Source of the DNA: a virus
Taxonomy: Duplodnaviria > Caudoviricetes
Direction: 5' to 3' (one strand)
Virus record (IMG/VR): IMGVR_UViG_3300022919_000005
Coordinates: 755-64,754 of that record
Length of the DNA: 64,000 nt
Positions 1 through 8,964 of the stretch are shown piece after piece. Position 1 is the stretch's first letter. The number at the start of each line of letters is the position of its first letter. A program made the position numbers and the translations under genes. The notes beneath the pieces are model-generated. The model was not told the origin of the DNA, made no database searches, and was given only the letters and a program-made list of their open reading frames with translations.

Positions 1-1
1 T

Positions 2-1912
2 GGCGAACTTCGCCTCCACGAACGTGCGCTCGTCGATGTGGTCACGCTCCTCGGGGGTGAGCGTCTGCGACAGCTGGTCGATCTGCATGCCGCGCACTTC
101 CTTCGCGATCAGGCTGGTCGCGCCGCGGGGGATTACGTCGTAATCGCCCTCGGGCGCTAGGTCGGGGTTGAACTTCTTGTTGAAGTTGACGATCGACCAG
201 ATGACCGACTGGGTGAAGCTGTCGTAATTCCGCACGATGTCCTTGAACGGCAAAGCCGCGTCCCCACGGACGGCGCTGGCGCCGGCCGCGGTGCGCATCG
301 GCTCGCTGGGCATCTTGCTGAAGTCGCCGCCGGTCGACGGCCCGATGAAGGTCTCGATCTCGGCAAATTCCATGAACATCTTGGCGAGGCTCTGCAGCTC
401 ACCCAGGTGGCCCTCGATGTTGATCTCGCGCACCGCGGGGAACTGGGCGCTGGGCCCGTCGTCGTCGCGATACCACAATTTGTAAGGAACGACGCTGGTC
501 AGGTCCTGATCGGCGCGCAGCAGCGAGGTGTTGACCTCCATGTTCGGGCCGCAGGTGATCGACGCGTTGTCGAGCGTCATGCGCACCGCCGCGCAAATCG
601 AGAGCTGGCTGTCGCGCACGATCGCCGGCAGCCCGTTGCCGATCGGGCTGGTGTCATCCTCGTCGAAGCTGAAGGTGTGGACCGTCTGCATCTTGAGGCC
701 CATCTTGCGCCACGCGTTGACCTCGGCCTTGATGATGTAGTTATCGACCATCCACAGCTCGGCATCGACGTCGTCGGTGCGCATGTTTTCGGGCACGTCG
801 GCGCCGCACTCGACCAGGGTCTGCGCGCTCACCGGACCCTTCCAGATCACGACCTCGTACTTCTCGCGGCCGGACGCCGCCATGCTGGTGGACTCGGCGT
901 GGATCGCCAGCCCCATCGTGCGCAGCTCGGTCTCCCACGACTTGGCCTTGTAATTCCCGTTCGGCAGCTGCGAGAGCACGAACTTGACCTGCGAGCCGTA
1001 GAAATCCTTGCGATCGGCGAGCTTGCGCAGCGCCGAGCGGCCCATGACCTTGCGGATGAAATAGCCCTCGCCGGGCAGGTCGCGCGCGCTCATGTCGGGG
1101 AAGAAATCCCAGACCGGCAGGAACTCGTACTGCGGCTTGTACGTCGTGCGCTCGACCGGCTTGAACCCGCCGGGCACCTGATTGCCGGCGGCGTCGGTGG
1201 CTGCCGCGGCCTGCAACATCCAGCCACTGGTCTGGATTTCACGCACGAACGGCCCCTCGAGCACGCCGAGCCCGTATTTGATCCCGCTGTCGACGATCTT
1301 GCGGTTGAGCGCGATCCAGTCGATCGTCTGGCTCCCACCAAGCTCGGTCAGCTGGTCCTTGACGAGCGCGGTGACCGCCTTGGCGGACTTTGCCGCGAGC
1401 CGCCGCACGGCCTCGTCGACCAGCTCCTGGGTGAGCTGCACCTGCTGCCCACCGGCCTGCAGCTCGGTCATCAGCTCCGTCACGGCCTGGGCGACCGCGT
1501 CGGGGCTCATGCTCGGGGAAGGCGATGCGTTCAGCTCCCAGTTGTCCTCGTTGCCGGGGAACATCAGGTTCATGAGCCGCGACAGCATCGAGACGCACTT
1601 CACGCGGGTGAGCCGCGGATACGCCTTCGAGCGGTTGGGGGACAGCTGGCGCTCAATCTCCGGGTCGTAGATGCCGAGATACTGGCGCAGGCTTTTCAGC
1701 CACTTCTGCTCGGCCGGCTGCCGCTCGCTCGAGAAGCGATCGAACAGCGACTTATACTTCGCGCCGAGCGTGCGCAGGGTCGCGCCGTTGATCACCTGCA
1801 CCGGCGACGCCGGATCGGCGACGGTCAGCGCCTGACCGGGCTGGTCGTTTTCTACGACCATCTGCGCCGCCGGGATGCTCCGGTTGCCAGTATTCCCCAG
1901 TTGACCGGCCAT
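2..1912 (-). CDS. portal protein (3' end beyond window edge)
   Basis: Starts MAGQLGNTGN...AEQKWLKSLRQYLGIYDPE...SKAYPRLTRVKC and is still in frame at the window edge (I translated both ends; the ORF track omits it). G-rich RBS; directly downstream of the terminase large subunit. Confidence 0.8.
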   Translation of the reverse strand, partial: MAGQLGNTGNRSIPAAQMVVENDQPGQALTVADPASPVQVINGATLRTLGAKYKSLFDRFSSERQPAEQKWLKSLRQYLGIYDPEIERQLSPNRSKAYPRLTRVKCVSMLSRLMNLMFPGNEDNWELNASPSPSMSPDAVAQAVTELMTELQAGGQQVQLTQELVDEAVRRLAAKSAKAVTALVKDQLTELGGSQTIDWIALNRKIVDSGIKYGLGVLEGPFVREIQTSGWMLQAAAATDAAGNQVPGGFKPVERTTYKPQYEFLPVWDFFPDMSARDLPGEGYFIRKVMGRSALRKLADRKDFYGSQVKFVLSQLPNGNYKAKSWETELRTMGLAIHAESTSMAASGREKYEVVIWKGPVSAQTLVECGADVPENMRTDDVDAELWMVDNYIIKAEVNAWRKMGLKMQTVHTFSFDEDDTSPIGNGLPAIVRDSQLSICAAVRMTLDNASITCGPNMEVNTSLLRADQDLTSVVPYKLWYRDDDGPSAQFPAVREINIEGHLGELQSLAKMFMEFAEIETFIGPSTGGDFSKMPSEPMRTAAGASAVRGDAALPFKDIVRNYDSFTQSVIWSIVNFNKKFNPDLAPEGDYDVIPRGATSLIAKEVRGMQIDQLSQTLTPEERDHIDERTFVEAKFA

Positions 1913-1923
1913 GCCGCGACCCC

Positions 1924-3426
1924 CTACTTGAAGTGATATTGCCCGCCGAAATTGCGGGGCGGAACGAAGGCACGCCCCGTTCCGCCACTGCCGGCGTATC
2001 GCTCATTCTTCAGCACCTGTCGATGGAAGTAGCGCGCGAGGTAGCCGAACGCGTCGCCAGGGTGGCTGTAAGCGTTCTTCTCGGGGGTCGCGCCGCGCCC
2101 GGTTTCGCGGATGTTTTCCTTCTTGTCGAGGCTGTAGCGCCAGCCGCCCTTGAGCGCGCGCGTGAGCATCGGGCAGGCGCGCTCGTCGATGATCAGCCGC
2201 GGCATACCGAACGCCATCCCGGTCGCGAAATAATCGATCGCCTCGAGCCGCAGCGGCAGCCGGTTGTTGGTCTCGATCACGCACGGATAGTGCCGCTTCA
2301 TCGTCGCCAGGATCGTGTTCTCGTCGTTCGCCGATCGGTTGTTCGCCGCCGGATCGGGCGCGATCGTGAAGCCGTCGGTGCGCAGGTCCGGCATGCCGCG
2401 GTTGAGGAAGGGCCGCAGGCGCTCCGAAATGAAGCGCCCGGCGCCAAGCCCGCTGGCGATCACCTCGCCGAGCACATGCAGGCGCCCCTCGAGGTCCTCC
2501 TGCCCGAAGATCATCGCCGAGCCGCCGAGCCCCGGATCATATCCACCAACGAGGTGCAGGTTGGGATCGAAGCGCAGCGGCGACTTGGACAGGTGTACGC
2601 GGCTGTTGAACGACCCCACCACCGGCTTGCCGGCGACGCTGTATCCCCACTCGGCCTCGAGGAACTGCTTGATCCAGGCCTCGGTCTTGTTCTTGGCCTG
2701 ATTGGTGTAATATTCGCGCCCGCCCGGCAGATGCTCGACGTTTTCGGCATGCGGGGAGAAGCCGCTGGGCTGCAGGAAATAGCGCGCGTTGCGCTCGTCG
2801 AACACCATGCGGTGGTGCAGCGAGACGCCCTCGCCCGGCTGGATCACGCCAGGGCCGTTGTGCAGGTAGTCGAACCACCAGTTGTCCTCGGTGGACGGGT
2901 TGCTCGAGCCCCACATCCCCCAGTTCGTGGCGCCGCCCATGACCGCCGACGGATAGCGCCCACAGCGCGCCGAGAGCGCGTCGACAATGGCCTGGGGGAT
3001 TTCCACGAACTCGTCGAGGATCGCGAACGTCACCTCGAGCGAGAGCACGCGCGCGACGTCCTGCGGGGTGTCGAGCGGGCGGAACATCACCTCGCACTCG
3101 ATGTCGTTGTAGCGCAGCACGAAGTTCTTGTCGGTGGCGTGCCATTTGCCCGCCTGCCCGTCCTTGAACCACGTAAACCAGCTGTTCAGCGTCGTATCGC
3201 GCAGCTGGGTCGAGGTGTTGCGCACGATCACCGCACGCGTCCGCCGGATGCCGTCAGGGCCCGGCTGCTGCAGCCCGGCCATATAGGCGAGCTTCATGAA
3301 GATGCCGGTCGTCTTGCCGGAGCCGACCGGGCCGACGATCCAGTCGTAGAACAGCTCTCCCGGCAGGTGGTCCTTGATGAACCGGGAGAGCGTCGGCGGC
3401 GGGGTGTAGGTAATCTGGGCTGCCAT
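1924..3426 (-). CDS. terL: terminase large subunit
   Basis: Walker A GPVGSGKT, Walker B AILDE, coupling motif SSNP, RNase H-like C-terminal domain (GYDPG, DPA, HPGDA). Confidence 0.93.
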   Translation of the reverse strand: MAAQITYTPPPTLSRFIKDHLPGELFYDWIVGPVGSGKTTGIFMKLAYMAGLQQPGPDGIRRTRAVIVRNTSTQLRDTTLNSWFTWFKDGQAGKWHATDKNFVLRYNDIECEVMFRPLDTPQDVARVLSLEVTFAILDEFVEIPQAIVDALSARCGRYPSAVMGGATNWGMWGSSNPSTEDNWWFDYLHNGPGVIQPGEGVSLHHRMVFDERNARYFLQPSGFSPHAENVEHLPGGREYYTNQAKNKTEAWIKQFLEAEWGYSVAGKPVVGSFNSRVHLSKSPLRFDPNLHLVGGYDPGLGGSAMIFGQEDLEGRLHVLGEVIASGLGAGRFISERLRPFLNRGMPDLRTDGFTIAPDPAANNRSANDENTILATMKRHYPCVIETNNRLPLRLEAIDYFATGMAFGMPRLIIDERACPMLTRALKGGWRYSLDKKENIRETGRGATPEKNAYSHPGDAFGYLARYFHRQVLKNERYAGSGGTGRAFVPPRNFGGQYHFK

Positions 3427-3686
3427 CAGTGTCGCTTGCGCAGTCCTGTCTCATAGGCCTCGCGCTGGTCGAACGCGAAATGCCGGATCATCATCGGAGC
3501 CTCGTCGTCACGCTCCGCCCCGCAGGGGCAGCCGCACAGACCGAGATCATGCACACCTGTGTCCCATGTCGGGATGCAGTGCATCTCCGGTCTATCCGGC
3601 ACGCGCAGCCCGGTCCACCCCCACTGCTCGGGGGTGAACCCTGGCGGCGTCCGATCGGCCGGGGGATCAGGCCTCGCGGTCGTCAC
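3426..3686 (-). CDS. small His/Cys-rich hypothetical protein
   Basis: HCIP..D..H..CGCPC..H.AFD.RE motif; stop overlaps the terL start. Confidence 0.7.
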   Translation of the reverse strand: MTTARPDPPADRTPPGFTPEQWGWTGLRVPDRPEMHCIPTWDTGVHDLGLCGCPCGAERDDEAPMMIRHFAFDQREAYETGLRKRH

Positions 3687-4176
3687 TGTCCACCACGATC
3701 GCGTCGCTGGGGTGGAACGCGGGCTCGACCATCGCCGCGGTCAGCTCGAGGGGCTCGTCGCGCCCGACGACCTGCGGATCGCCGGCGTCGGTCGTCACCG
3801 TCTGGGCGGCTGCCGCGGCGACGCTCGTGTCGGTGGTCGGCCGCAGGCGCTGCGCCTGGGCAATCAGCTGATACCAGTCATCCTTCTCGATCGTCATCTG
3901 CGCGGTCGCGCCGGGCGCGGGGGTGCGCGCCGCCGGATCAGGGTCGCCGCGCACGGTGATCACGAAGTCGCCGTCGGCATCCAGCTGGACGTTGATATAG
4001 CCGGGATACTGGCCGGTCGGCTTGGTGAACGCTGCTTCGGTCATGCTGGTGTCTCCTGTCAGGTTGCGGAAGGCATCTAGGAACTCGGGCGGATTAAGCC
4101 AGAACGTGTCGGGGTTCATGAAGTCGGCGATCGAGCGCTCGAGCCGGAGCGGCAGCATGGCCCCGACGCGGCTCAT
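3667..4176 (-). CDS. hypothetical protein (alternative internal start at 4044)
   Basis: ATGA overlap with the upstream gene at 4173-4176; AGGAG RBS before the in-frame ATG at 4044. Confidence 0.6.
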   Translation of the reverse strand: MSRVGAMLPLRLERSIADFMNPDTFWLNPPEFLDAFRNLTGDTSMTEAAFTKPTGQYPGYINVQLDADGDFVITVRGDPDPAARTPAPGATAQMTIEKDDWYQLIAQAQRLRPTTDTSVAAAAAQTVTTDAGDPQVVGRDEPLELTAAMVEPAFHPSDAIVVDSDDREA

Positions 4177-4310
4177 AGCCACATCGACAGCACGAGACCG
4201 GCGCTGGCACCGAGCAGCACGACAACACCGATCAGGCAGCCGATGTCGGCGCGGCCGGCGGCAGCCGCATAGGGGAACTCGAGTTCCTCGTCGTGGTGGT
4301 GCTCGTGCAT
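4173..4310 (-). CDS. small membrane protein (45 aa)
   Basis: MHEHHHDEELEF...IGCLIGVVVLLGASAGLVLSMWL; start/stop overlaps on both sides. Confidence 0.55.
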   Translation of the reverse strand: MHEHHHDEELEFPYAAAAGRADIGCLIGVVVLLGASAGLVLSMWL

Positions 4311-4753
4311 CAGTAATCGCTCCCGAGATTGATCTGGATGTTGAGCGTGTTCGCGTTGACCGGCCCGCCGGGTCCGCCCCCCTCGCCGCTGCCTTTCGGG
4401 TCGAAGCCAGCCCACCGAGCCGTCAGCTCGATCAGCTTGCTCTTCACCGCAGCCGGCACCAGCGCATGGTCGGCATGCACCATCTTCCAGACCTGCTTGA
4501 GATTTTCCTCGGCGATCAGCTTCGCCTTGAGCTTGAACGACATGCCCTCCTGGCGCACCAGCTCGCACGCCCCGGCCAGCTCGCGCAGGAACACCGCGTT
4601 GGCCCGCAGCGCTGCCCATTCGCTGTCCGTATAGCCGTACTCGATCTGCAGGTCCCGCGGGCTCGCCGTCTTGAGCGCCAGCTCGATCGGCAGGGTCGGA
4701 GCCCATACCAGACTGCTGGGGTCCTTCTGGTCGAAAAGGGTGAGCGCGTTCAT
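4310..4753 (-). CDS. putative terminase small subunit
   Basis: 147-aa helical protein, first gene of the packaging operon, ending in NTLNIQINLG; call rests on position and size. Confidence 0.6.
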   Translation of the reverse strand: MNALTLFDQKDPSSLVWAPTLPIELALKTASPRDLQIEYGYTDSEWAALRANAVFLRELAGACELVRQEGMSFKLKAKLIAEENLKQVWKMVHADHALVPAAVKSKLIELTARWAGFDPKGSGEGGGPGGPVNANTLNIQINLGSDY

Positions 4754-5290
4754 GCGGGTTGGTTATCTTATGTCGGATAACCATGCAAGCGGCGCCGCTC
4801 CTCCCACCGCACGGAGTGCCTCCTACGGAGTTTAGAGGTGGCGGAGAGAGTTGACGCCCTCTCCGCCGTGGGCCGCGATCGACGGAACCGATCGTGTGAT
4901 GCCTCCCGCAGGGAGCCCTACAGACATCATCCGCTGGCTCGACCTAGCGCGCACGGTGGGGGCGGATCAAGCGGAAAAGGCGGGGCGGTCGTCGGCAGCG
5001 TCCAATCTGTGGGCGACCGCCCCTAGTTGCAGGACTGCCAGCACGTCAGCCTGCGGGACAACCTGTAATGCGTGGCGCTGTGGGGGCAAGCTAATTTTTA
5101 CCGCCCCAAAATTTTTCAAAGAAGTTTTCGAGACGTTGAAGATTAAACAGGGCGGAAATTATGACTAGGGCGAAAAATTCTGGAAAACCTTTGAGAGCGA
5201 CCGTGTAAGAGGGGGACCCATGCTTGATCTGAAACCCCCTTGGGGGGTGCTGCCGCCGGAAAGGATTCTTTGCCGTGCCGCCCCTATCGT

Positions 5291-5319
5291 ATGACGTGTT
5301 GCGGTGTATGGCCTATAAT
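5291..5319 (+). promoter_or_regulatory. sigma70-like promoter of the first early gene
   Basis: ATGACG-17 nt-TATAAT. Confidence 0.65.
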
Positions 5320-5352
5320 GATGACAGGACAAGGCGCTGTGCTTTGTCTAGT

Positions 5353-5369
5353 CGTCAGATCGTCTGACG
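5353..5369. repeat. 17-bp palindrome copy 1 (variant CGTCAGATCGTCTGACG)
   Basis: one mismatch to consensus; 18 nt before ATG 5388. Confidence 0.85.
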
Positions 5370-5387
5370 TTTTCAAGGAATAGACAC

Positions 5388-6131
5388 ATGACTGTTATCG
5401 CAAACGCTCGCAAGGTTGCCACTGTCAAGGCTGCGCCGCTGTTCAAGGGCAAAGGCGCTACGCTGCAGAGCACGGCGCTCGCTGGTATCGCATCGGCCGC
5501 ATATGCTGAAGGCAAGTCGCGAGCCGATGTCATCGTGACGCTTGTTGCCACGCTCGGTAAGAAGCCCACGGACGCACAGCTTGACGCGGCCAAGGTGGAG
5601 TACATTGTCGGCCGCACCGCCGTTCGCCTGCCCGATGGGCTCGGCACTGTGGCGGATCGCATCGCTTATGCGCGGGACTTGATCGCGAACTACGCCTATC
5701 CCGCGCAGGATGGCGTCAAGCCCCGCGCGCTGAAGAAGGGCCAAAAGGGCCGTCGCACCCCGGAGCAGCATAAGCTGATCCGCGCAGGTGAAAGCGCATG
5801 GTCGCTTGTGAAGGCGGACGCGGGATACAGCGACGCGGCGCCGATGAAGGCAAAGACTGCCGCCGCCGCCAAGAAGCGCGGGACCAACGCGCCGGGCACG
5901 AAGGCGCAGGCCGCGCCGGGCATCACCCATAGCGAGCTGGTCAAGCCCGATGGCGCGGCGATGACGAAGGCGGACGCGGTGGAATACATCGGCGGCATGG
6001 CTAAGACGCTGGCGATGTATTGCAAGAAGCACGCAAAGGTGACGCCTGCCGCGCTCGGCACGCTGGTCAACGCGTTCCAGCGCGACGTGCTCAAAGAGCT
6101 GGCATTGATCGAAAGCACGAAGGACGCCTAA
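5388..6131 (+). CDS. Lys/Ala-rich basic early protein
   Basis: 247-aa ORF with AAGGA RBS and its own promoter and terminator. Confidence 0.85.
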   Translation: MTVIANARKVATVKAAPLFKGKGATLQSTALAGIASAAYAEGKSRADVIVTLVATLGKKPTDAQLDAAKVEYIVGRTAVRLPDGLGTVADRIAYARDLIANYAYPAQDGVKPRALKKGQKGRRTPEQHKLIRAGESAWSLVKADAGYSDAAPMKAKTAAAAKKRGTNAPGTKAQAAPGITHSELVKPDGAAMTKADAVEYIGGMAKTLAMYCKKHAKVTPAALGTLVNAFQRDVLKELALIESTKDA

Positions 6132-6147
6132 CACACAACGCGCTACC

Positions 6148-6181
6148 AAGCCCCGCTATCTTAGGATGGCGGGGCTTTTTT
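6148..6181 (+). terminator. intrinsic terminator
   Basis: AAGCCCCGCTATC-ttag-GATGGCGGGGCTT stem followed by a T-run. Confidence 0.85.
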
Positions 6182-6228
6182 GTGCCTGCCGCAGATCGAG
6201 GGGATCAACCTGCAACGCGCTGGCTGGT

Positions 6229-6245
6229 CGTCAGATCATCTGACG
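6229..6245. repeat. 17-bp palindrome copy 2
   Basis: CGTCAGATCATCTGACG, intergenic. Confidence 0.95.
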
Positions 6246-6275
6246 GTTAAGCTGTGAACATGGCGGGGATTATGT

Positions 6276-6350
6276 CGACACAGTAGTCGCACATTAACGC
6301 GTGGCTGCATGATTTAAGCTGGCAACGACACAGTAGTTTTGATTTAACGC
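6276..6350 (+). repeat. direct repeat CGACACAGTAGT-N6-TTAACGC, two copies 50 bp apart
   Basis: copies at 6276-6300 and 6326-6350; inverted core ACTACTGTGTC at 8080-8090. Confidence 0.7.
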
Positions 6351-6843
6351 ATGCGTCGTGTTGTCAGATGATCGCGTGAGAGAACGTGTGCGCAAACGCG
6401 GATGCGTGGGGGTTAGCGTATATAAGCACTTGCTAGGCTTCAGGTCTGGCTACCAAAAATGGCTAGTAGCATCCCACAACGTGTTATTTGCTTGTTGAAA
6501 TATAACGCGTTTACAAGGGCTTGCGCGCTTTGGCCCACCTTGATGGAGAGCGATTTTCATATAGTCTAGTCAACTATCTAGAAAAGTTAAGGAATAAAGA
6601 AGATACGCACACGAGATTTTTGTCGGCAGGGCTGTAGCTCTTAAACGCCGACCCCGCTCCACACCGATACGAAATCGAGGTGCCCCATGAGAGGCTTTCT
6701 TATATTTCCACCGGATAGTTGGCTTTATCTACAACCGGGACGCTCTAGCCCGCAGAAAACCGGGCTTCCGCACTAGACTTATTTGCTAGCCGGGATTATA
6801 CCACTGCTAGCACTTAGTTGACCCTCCCACACAGCGAGACACC

Positions 6844-7668
6844 ATGTTGAGCCCCATCATCACGCTTAATCTCTGCAAGAACTACCGCGAAAACGCGTGC
6901 GGCATCACCTACAAGCAGCTGGCGGCGATCACCCGCATCCCGCTCGATCGTGTCGCCGCGCTCGAGAGTAAGAGCAAGGACAAGGCGTGCGAACCGTGGC
7001 TCGACGAGGCTGTTCTGATTGCGCAAGCGCTCGGCATGGCGACGATCGTGCCCCTGATCAGCACCCTGTCCCTGCGCGAGATCGATACCGGCTTCGACGT
7101 GCAGGACGACCTCGACGTCTGGCGCACTGGCTGCCGCCTGCCCTTGCGTTTCGGCCTGCGACTGGCGCTCCGGTTCGGCTTCGCGGACCCTATCCATCTG
7201 GTCCCACCCCAGCCTGTCTATCGCGAGATATGGCGCATCGCCGGCGAGGAGCGGAACAACGCGTGCCCTTGGTGTAAGGCGCCCATTGTGGGGGAGCAGG
7301 GCCATCTTCCCACCTGCCTTCCGGCGCTGCTCTACGGCGCGCGGGATGCACCAATCTCCACCATCGGCGTCATGCCCAAGCCGCGGCGTCCGCACACCCG
7401 GCGGGAAGGATCGCGGCTGGCGCCTGGGCTCGCACCGCTGCGCGCGCGGCTCGGGCTCACGCAGGAGGAGTTCGCCAACGAGATCGGCAAGCACCCGCAA
7501 TATTACGCGCGGCTCGAGCAGCTGCGTGACCCGCTGACGCAGGACCTTGCCGAGAAGATCGGGGCGCTGTTCAAGGTGCCGCTGACCGAGGTCTATATCC
7601 CCGAAACGCTGCCGCCGGTGCCGCACAGAAACGTCAGATCATCTGACGATGTGGGAGGAGCGGCATGA
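6844..7668 (+). CDS. XRE-like transcriptional regulator with two HTH domains and a central Cys/His motif
   Basis: N-terminal GITYKQLAAITRIPLDRVAALE, C-terminal RARLGLTQEEFANEIGKHPQYYARLE, central CPWC...HLPTC. Confidence 0.75.
   Translation: MLSPIITLNLCKNYRENACGITYKQLAAITRIPLDRVAALESKSKDKACEPWLDEAVLIAQALGMATIVPLISTLSLREIDTGFDVQDDLDVWRTGCRLPLRFGLRLALRFGFADPIHLVPPQPVYREIWRIAGEERNNACPWCKAPIVGEQGHLPTCLPALLYGARDAPISTIGVMPKPRRPHTRREGSRLAPGLAPLRARLGLTQEEFANEIGKHPQYYARLEQLRDPLTQDLAEKIGALFKVPLTEVYIPETLPPVPHRNVRSSDDVGGAA
7632..7648. repeat. 17-bp palindrome copy 3
   Basis: exact; inside the 3' end of the regulator gene, 16 nt before ATG 7665. Confidence 0.95.
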
Positions 7669-7880
7669 GATCGCTGGTCGTGCCATGCGCTCTCGCCCCG
7701 AGCGACACGCTCAACATGGAAGCCGATGGCCCGGTGACCAAGGCCGGCTGCTCGCTGCTGATTACGGTAAAGGAAGAAGGATCGGAGGCGCACGTCAAGC
7801 TCACCCCCGACAGCGCGCACAAGATGTTCCGCTACCTCGCGCTCTGGCTGCACAATGGGGACCTGTCCGATGATGCGTGA
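7665..7880 (+). CDS. hypothetical protein (paralog of the next gene)
   Basis: GGAGGAG RBS, ATGA overlap. Confidence 0.75.
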   Translation: MRSLVVPCALAPSDTLNMEADGPVTKAGCSLLITVKEEGSEAHVKLTPDSAHKMFRYLALWLHNGDLSDDA

Positions 7881-8076
7881 CCTGACCATATTCTGCGCGC
7901 AGGAGCCCGACGATGTGCTGCGCGCCAAGGTGAAGCCGGGGATAAGCGGGCCCGAGGTCGTCATCAACTTCGACAGCGTGAGCGATGGCGCACCCACCCC
8001 GGCGATGATCGCACTCGACAAGCAGCGCGCTCGCGAGCTGTTCAACTGGCTCGGCATCTGGCTGCACAAATACTAG
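7870..8076 (+). CDS. hypothetical protein (paralog of the previous gene)
   Basis: MMRDLTIFCAQEPDDVL...LFNWLGIWLHKY. Confidence 0.75.
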   Translation: MMRDLTIFCAQEPDDVLRAKVKPGISGPEVVINFDSVSDGAPTPAMIALDKQRARELFNWLGIWLHKY

Positions 8077-8131
8077 CGCACTACTGTGTCTTTTGTCGTG
8101 CCATGTCAGGGGCTTAGGAGGCGCCCAGCCC

Positions 8132-8159
8132 TTGACTTTGGCCAAAATAAGCCTATTCT
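8132..8159 (+). promoter_or_regulatory. sigma70-like promoter with TTGGCCAA box
   Basis: TTGACT TTGGCCAA ... TATTCT, 16-nt spacer. Confidence 0.7.
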
Positions 8160-8205
8160 AAGAATTGCCGAAGGGGCTATTGCGCCTTCCGAATATCAGC
8201 CAAAA

Positions 8206-8222
8206 CGTCAGATCATCTGACG
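8206..8222. repeat. 17-bp palindrome copy 4
   Basis: exact; 19 nt before ATG 8242. Confidence 0.95.
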
Positions 8223-8241
8223 GTCATCAAAGGATCAGATC

Positions 8242-8484
8242 ATGGCCCTTCACCCTGTGCTCACCGCCGCCGACCAAGCCCGCATGTCCCCCAGCGAGCT
8301 GCTCCACTTCACCGACACGCCGGTCGCCCACATCGCCGCCTTCCGCGACTTCGAGCTGGACGCCATGCGGGAGCGCCGCCGCCGCCGCGATGCGCAGGAG
8401 ATGGCCGAGCGCCGCCGCAACCGCGAGATCGCCAACTTCTTCCGCGCCGCCGCCGACGCGGTGCTCACGATGGAGGCTTGCTGA
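8242..8484 (+). CDS. hypothetical protein
   Basis: AAGGA RBS, phage-like codon usage. Confidence 0.7.
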   Translation: MALHPVLTAADQARMSPSELLHFTDTPVAHIAAFRDFELDAMRERRRRRDAQEMAERRRNREIANFFRAAADAVLTMEAC

Positions 8485-8485
8485 C

Positions 8486-8743
8486 ATGCGCATTGCAAGC
8501 CCAATGGAGTCGGCGCAGCTGAAGCTGACCGAGCGCGCTATTGTCCTCGCACTGCGCGGCGCCACCAAAGAGTTCGACATCCACGAGCACGCGATCCGCC
8601 ATCTGGTAGAGCTGATCGACGCCCCCGACGCCGCCGCCATCGAGGCGATCGTGATCGGCTTCGCCACCGATCTGGTGGAGGCGCGGGCGGATGCGTCCCG
8701 GCTGATGCGTGCGCAGCTGCCGGACAAGATCACGGCGGATTAA
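8486..8743 (+). CDS. hypothetical protein
   Basis: GGAGG RBS; MRIASPMESAQLKL... Confidence 0.65.
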   Translation: MRIASPMESAQLKLTERAIVLALRGATKEFDIHEHAIRHLVELIDAPDAAAIEAIVIGFATDLVEARADASRLMRAQLPDKITAD

Positions 8744-8783
8744 CCGTTCGGTAACCATCAACGCATTAGCAGGAGTTATGGGC

Positions 8784-8963
8784 ATGCCCGTATCCGACCT
8801 GATCCGGCTCGGCTCTGCCAAGCTGACGCCCCAGCAGATTGCCGACATGGCGCTGCAGGAGGACCAAGCGGCGCGTGCCCTCGCGCGCTACCGCACCGAC
8901 CACCCCGCCATCGCCGCCCACTGGGCCGAGCGCGACGCGCTGTGCAAGCTGCTCAATCCCTAA
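8784..8963 (+). CDS. hypothetical protein
   Basis: AGGAG RBS; MPVSDLIRLG... Confidence 0.6.
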   Translation: MPVSDLIRLGSAKLTPQQIADMALQEDQAARALARYRTDHPAIAAHWAERDALCKLLNP

Positions 8964-8964
8964 A

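Noticed and set aside
4838-5168. + strand ORFs 4838-5026 and 4851-5168
   Set aside because: Atypical codon usage, no convincing RBS, and they run into AT-rich signal-like sequence.
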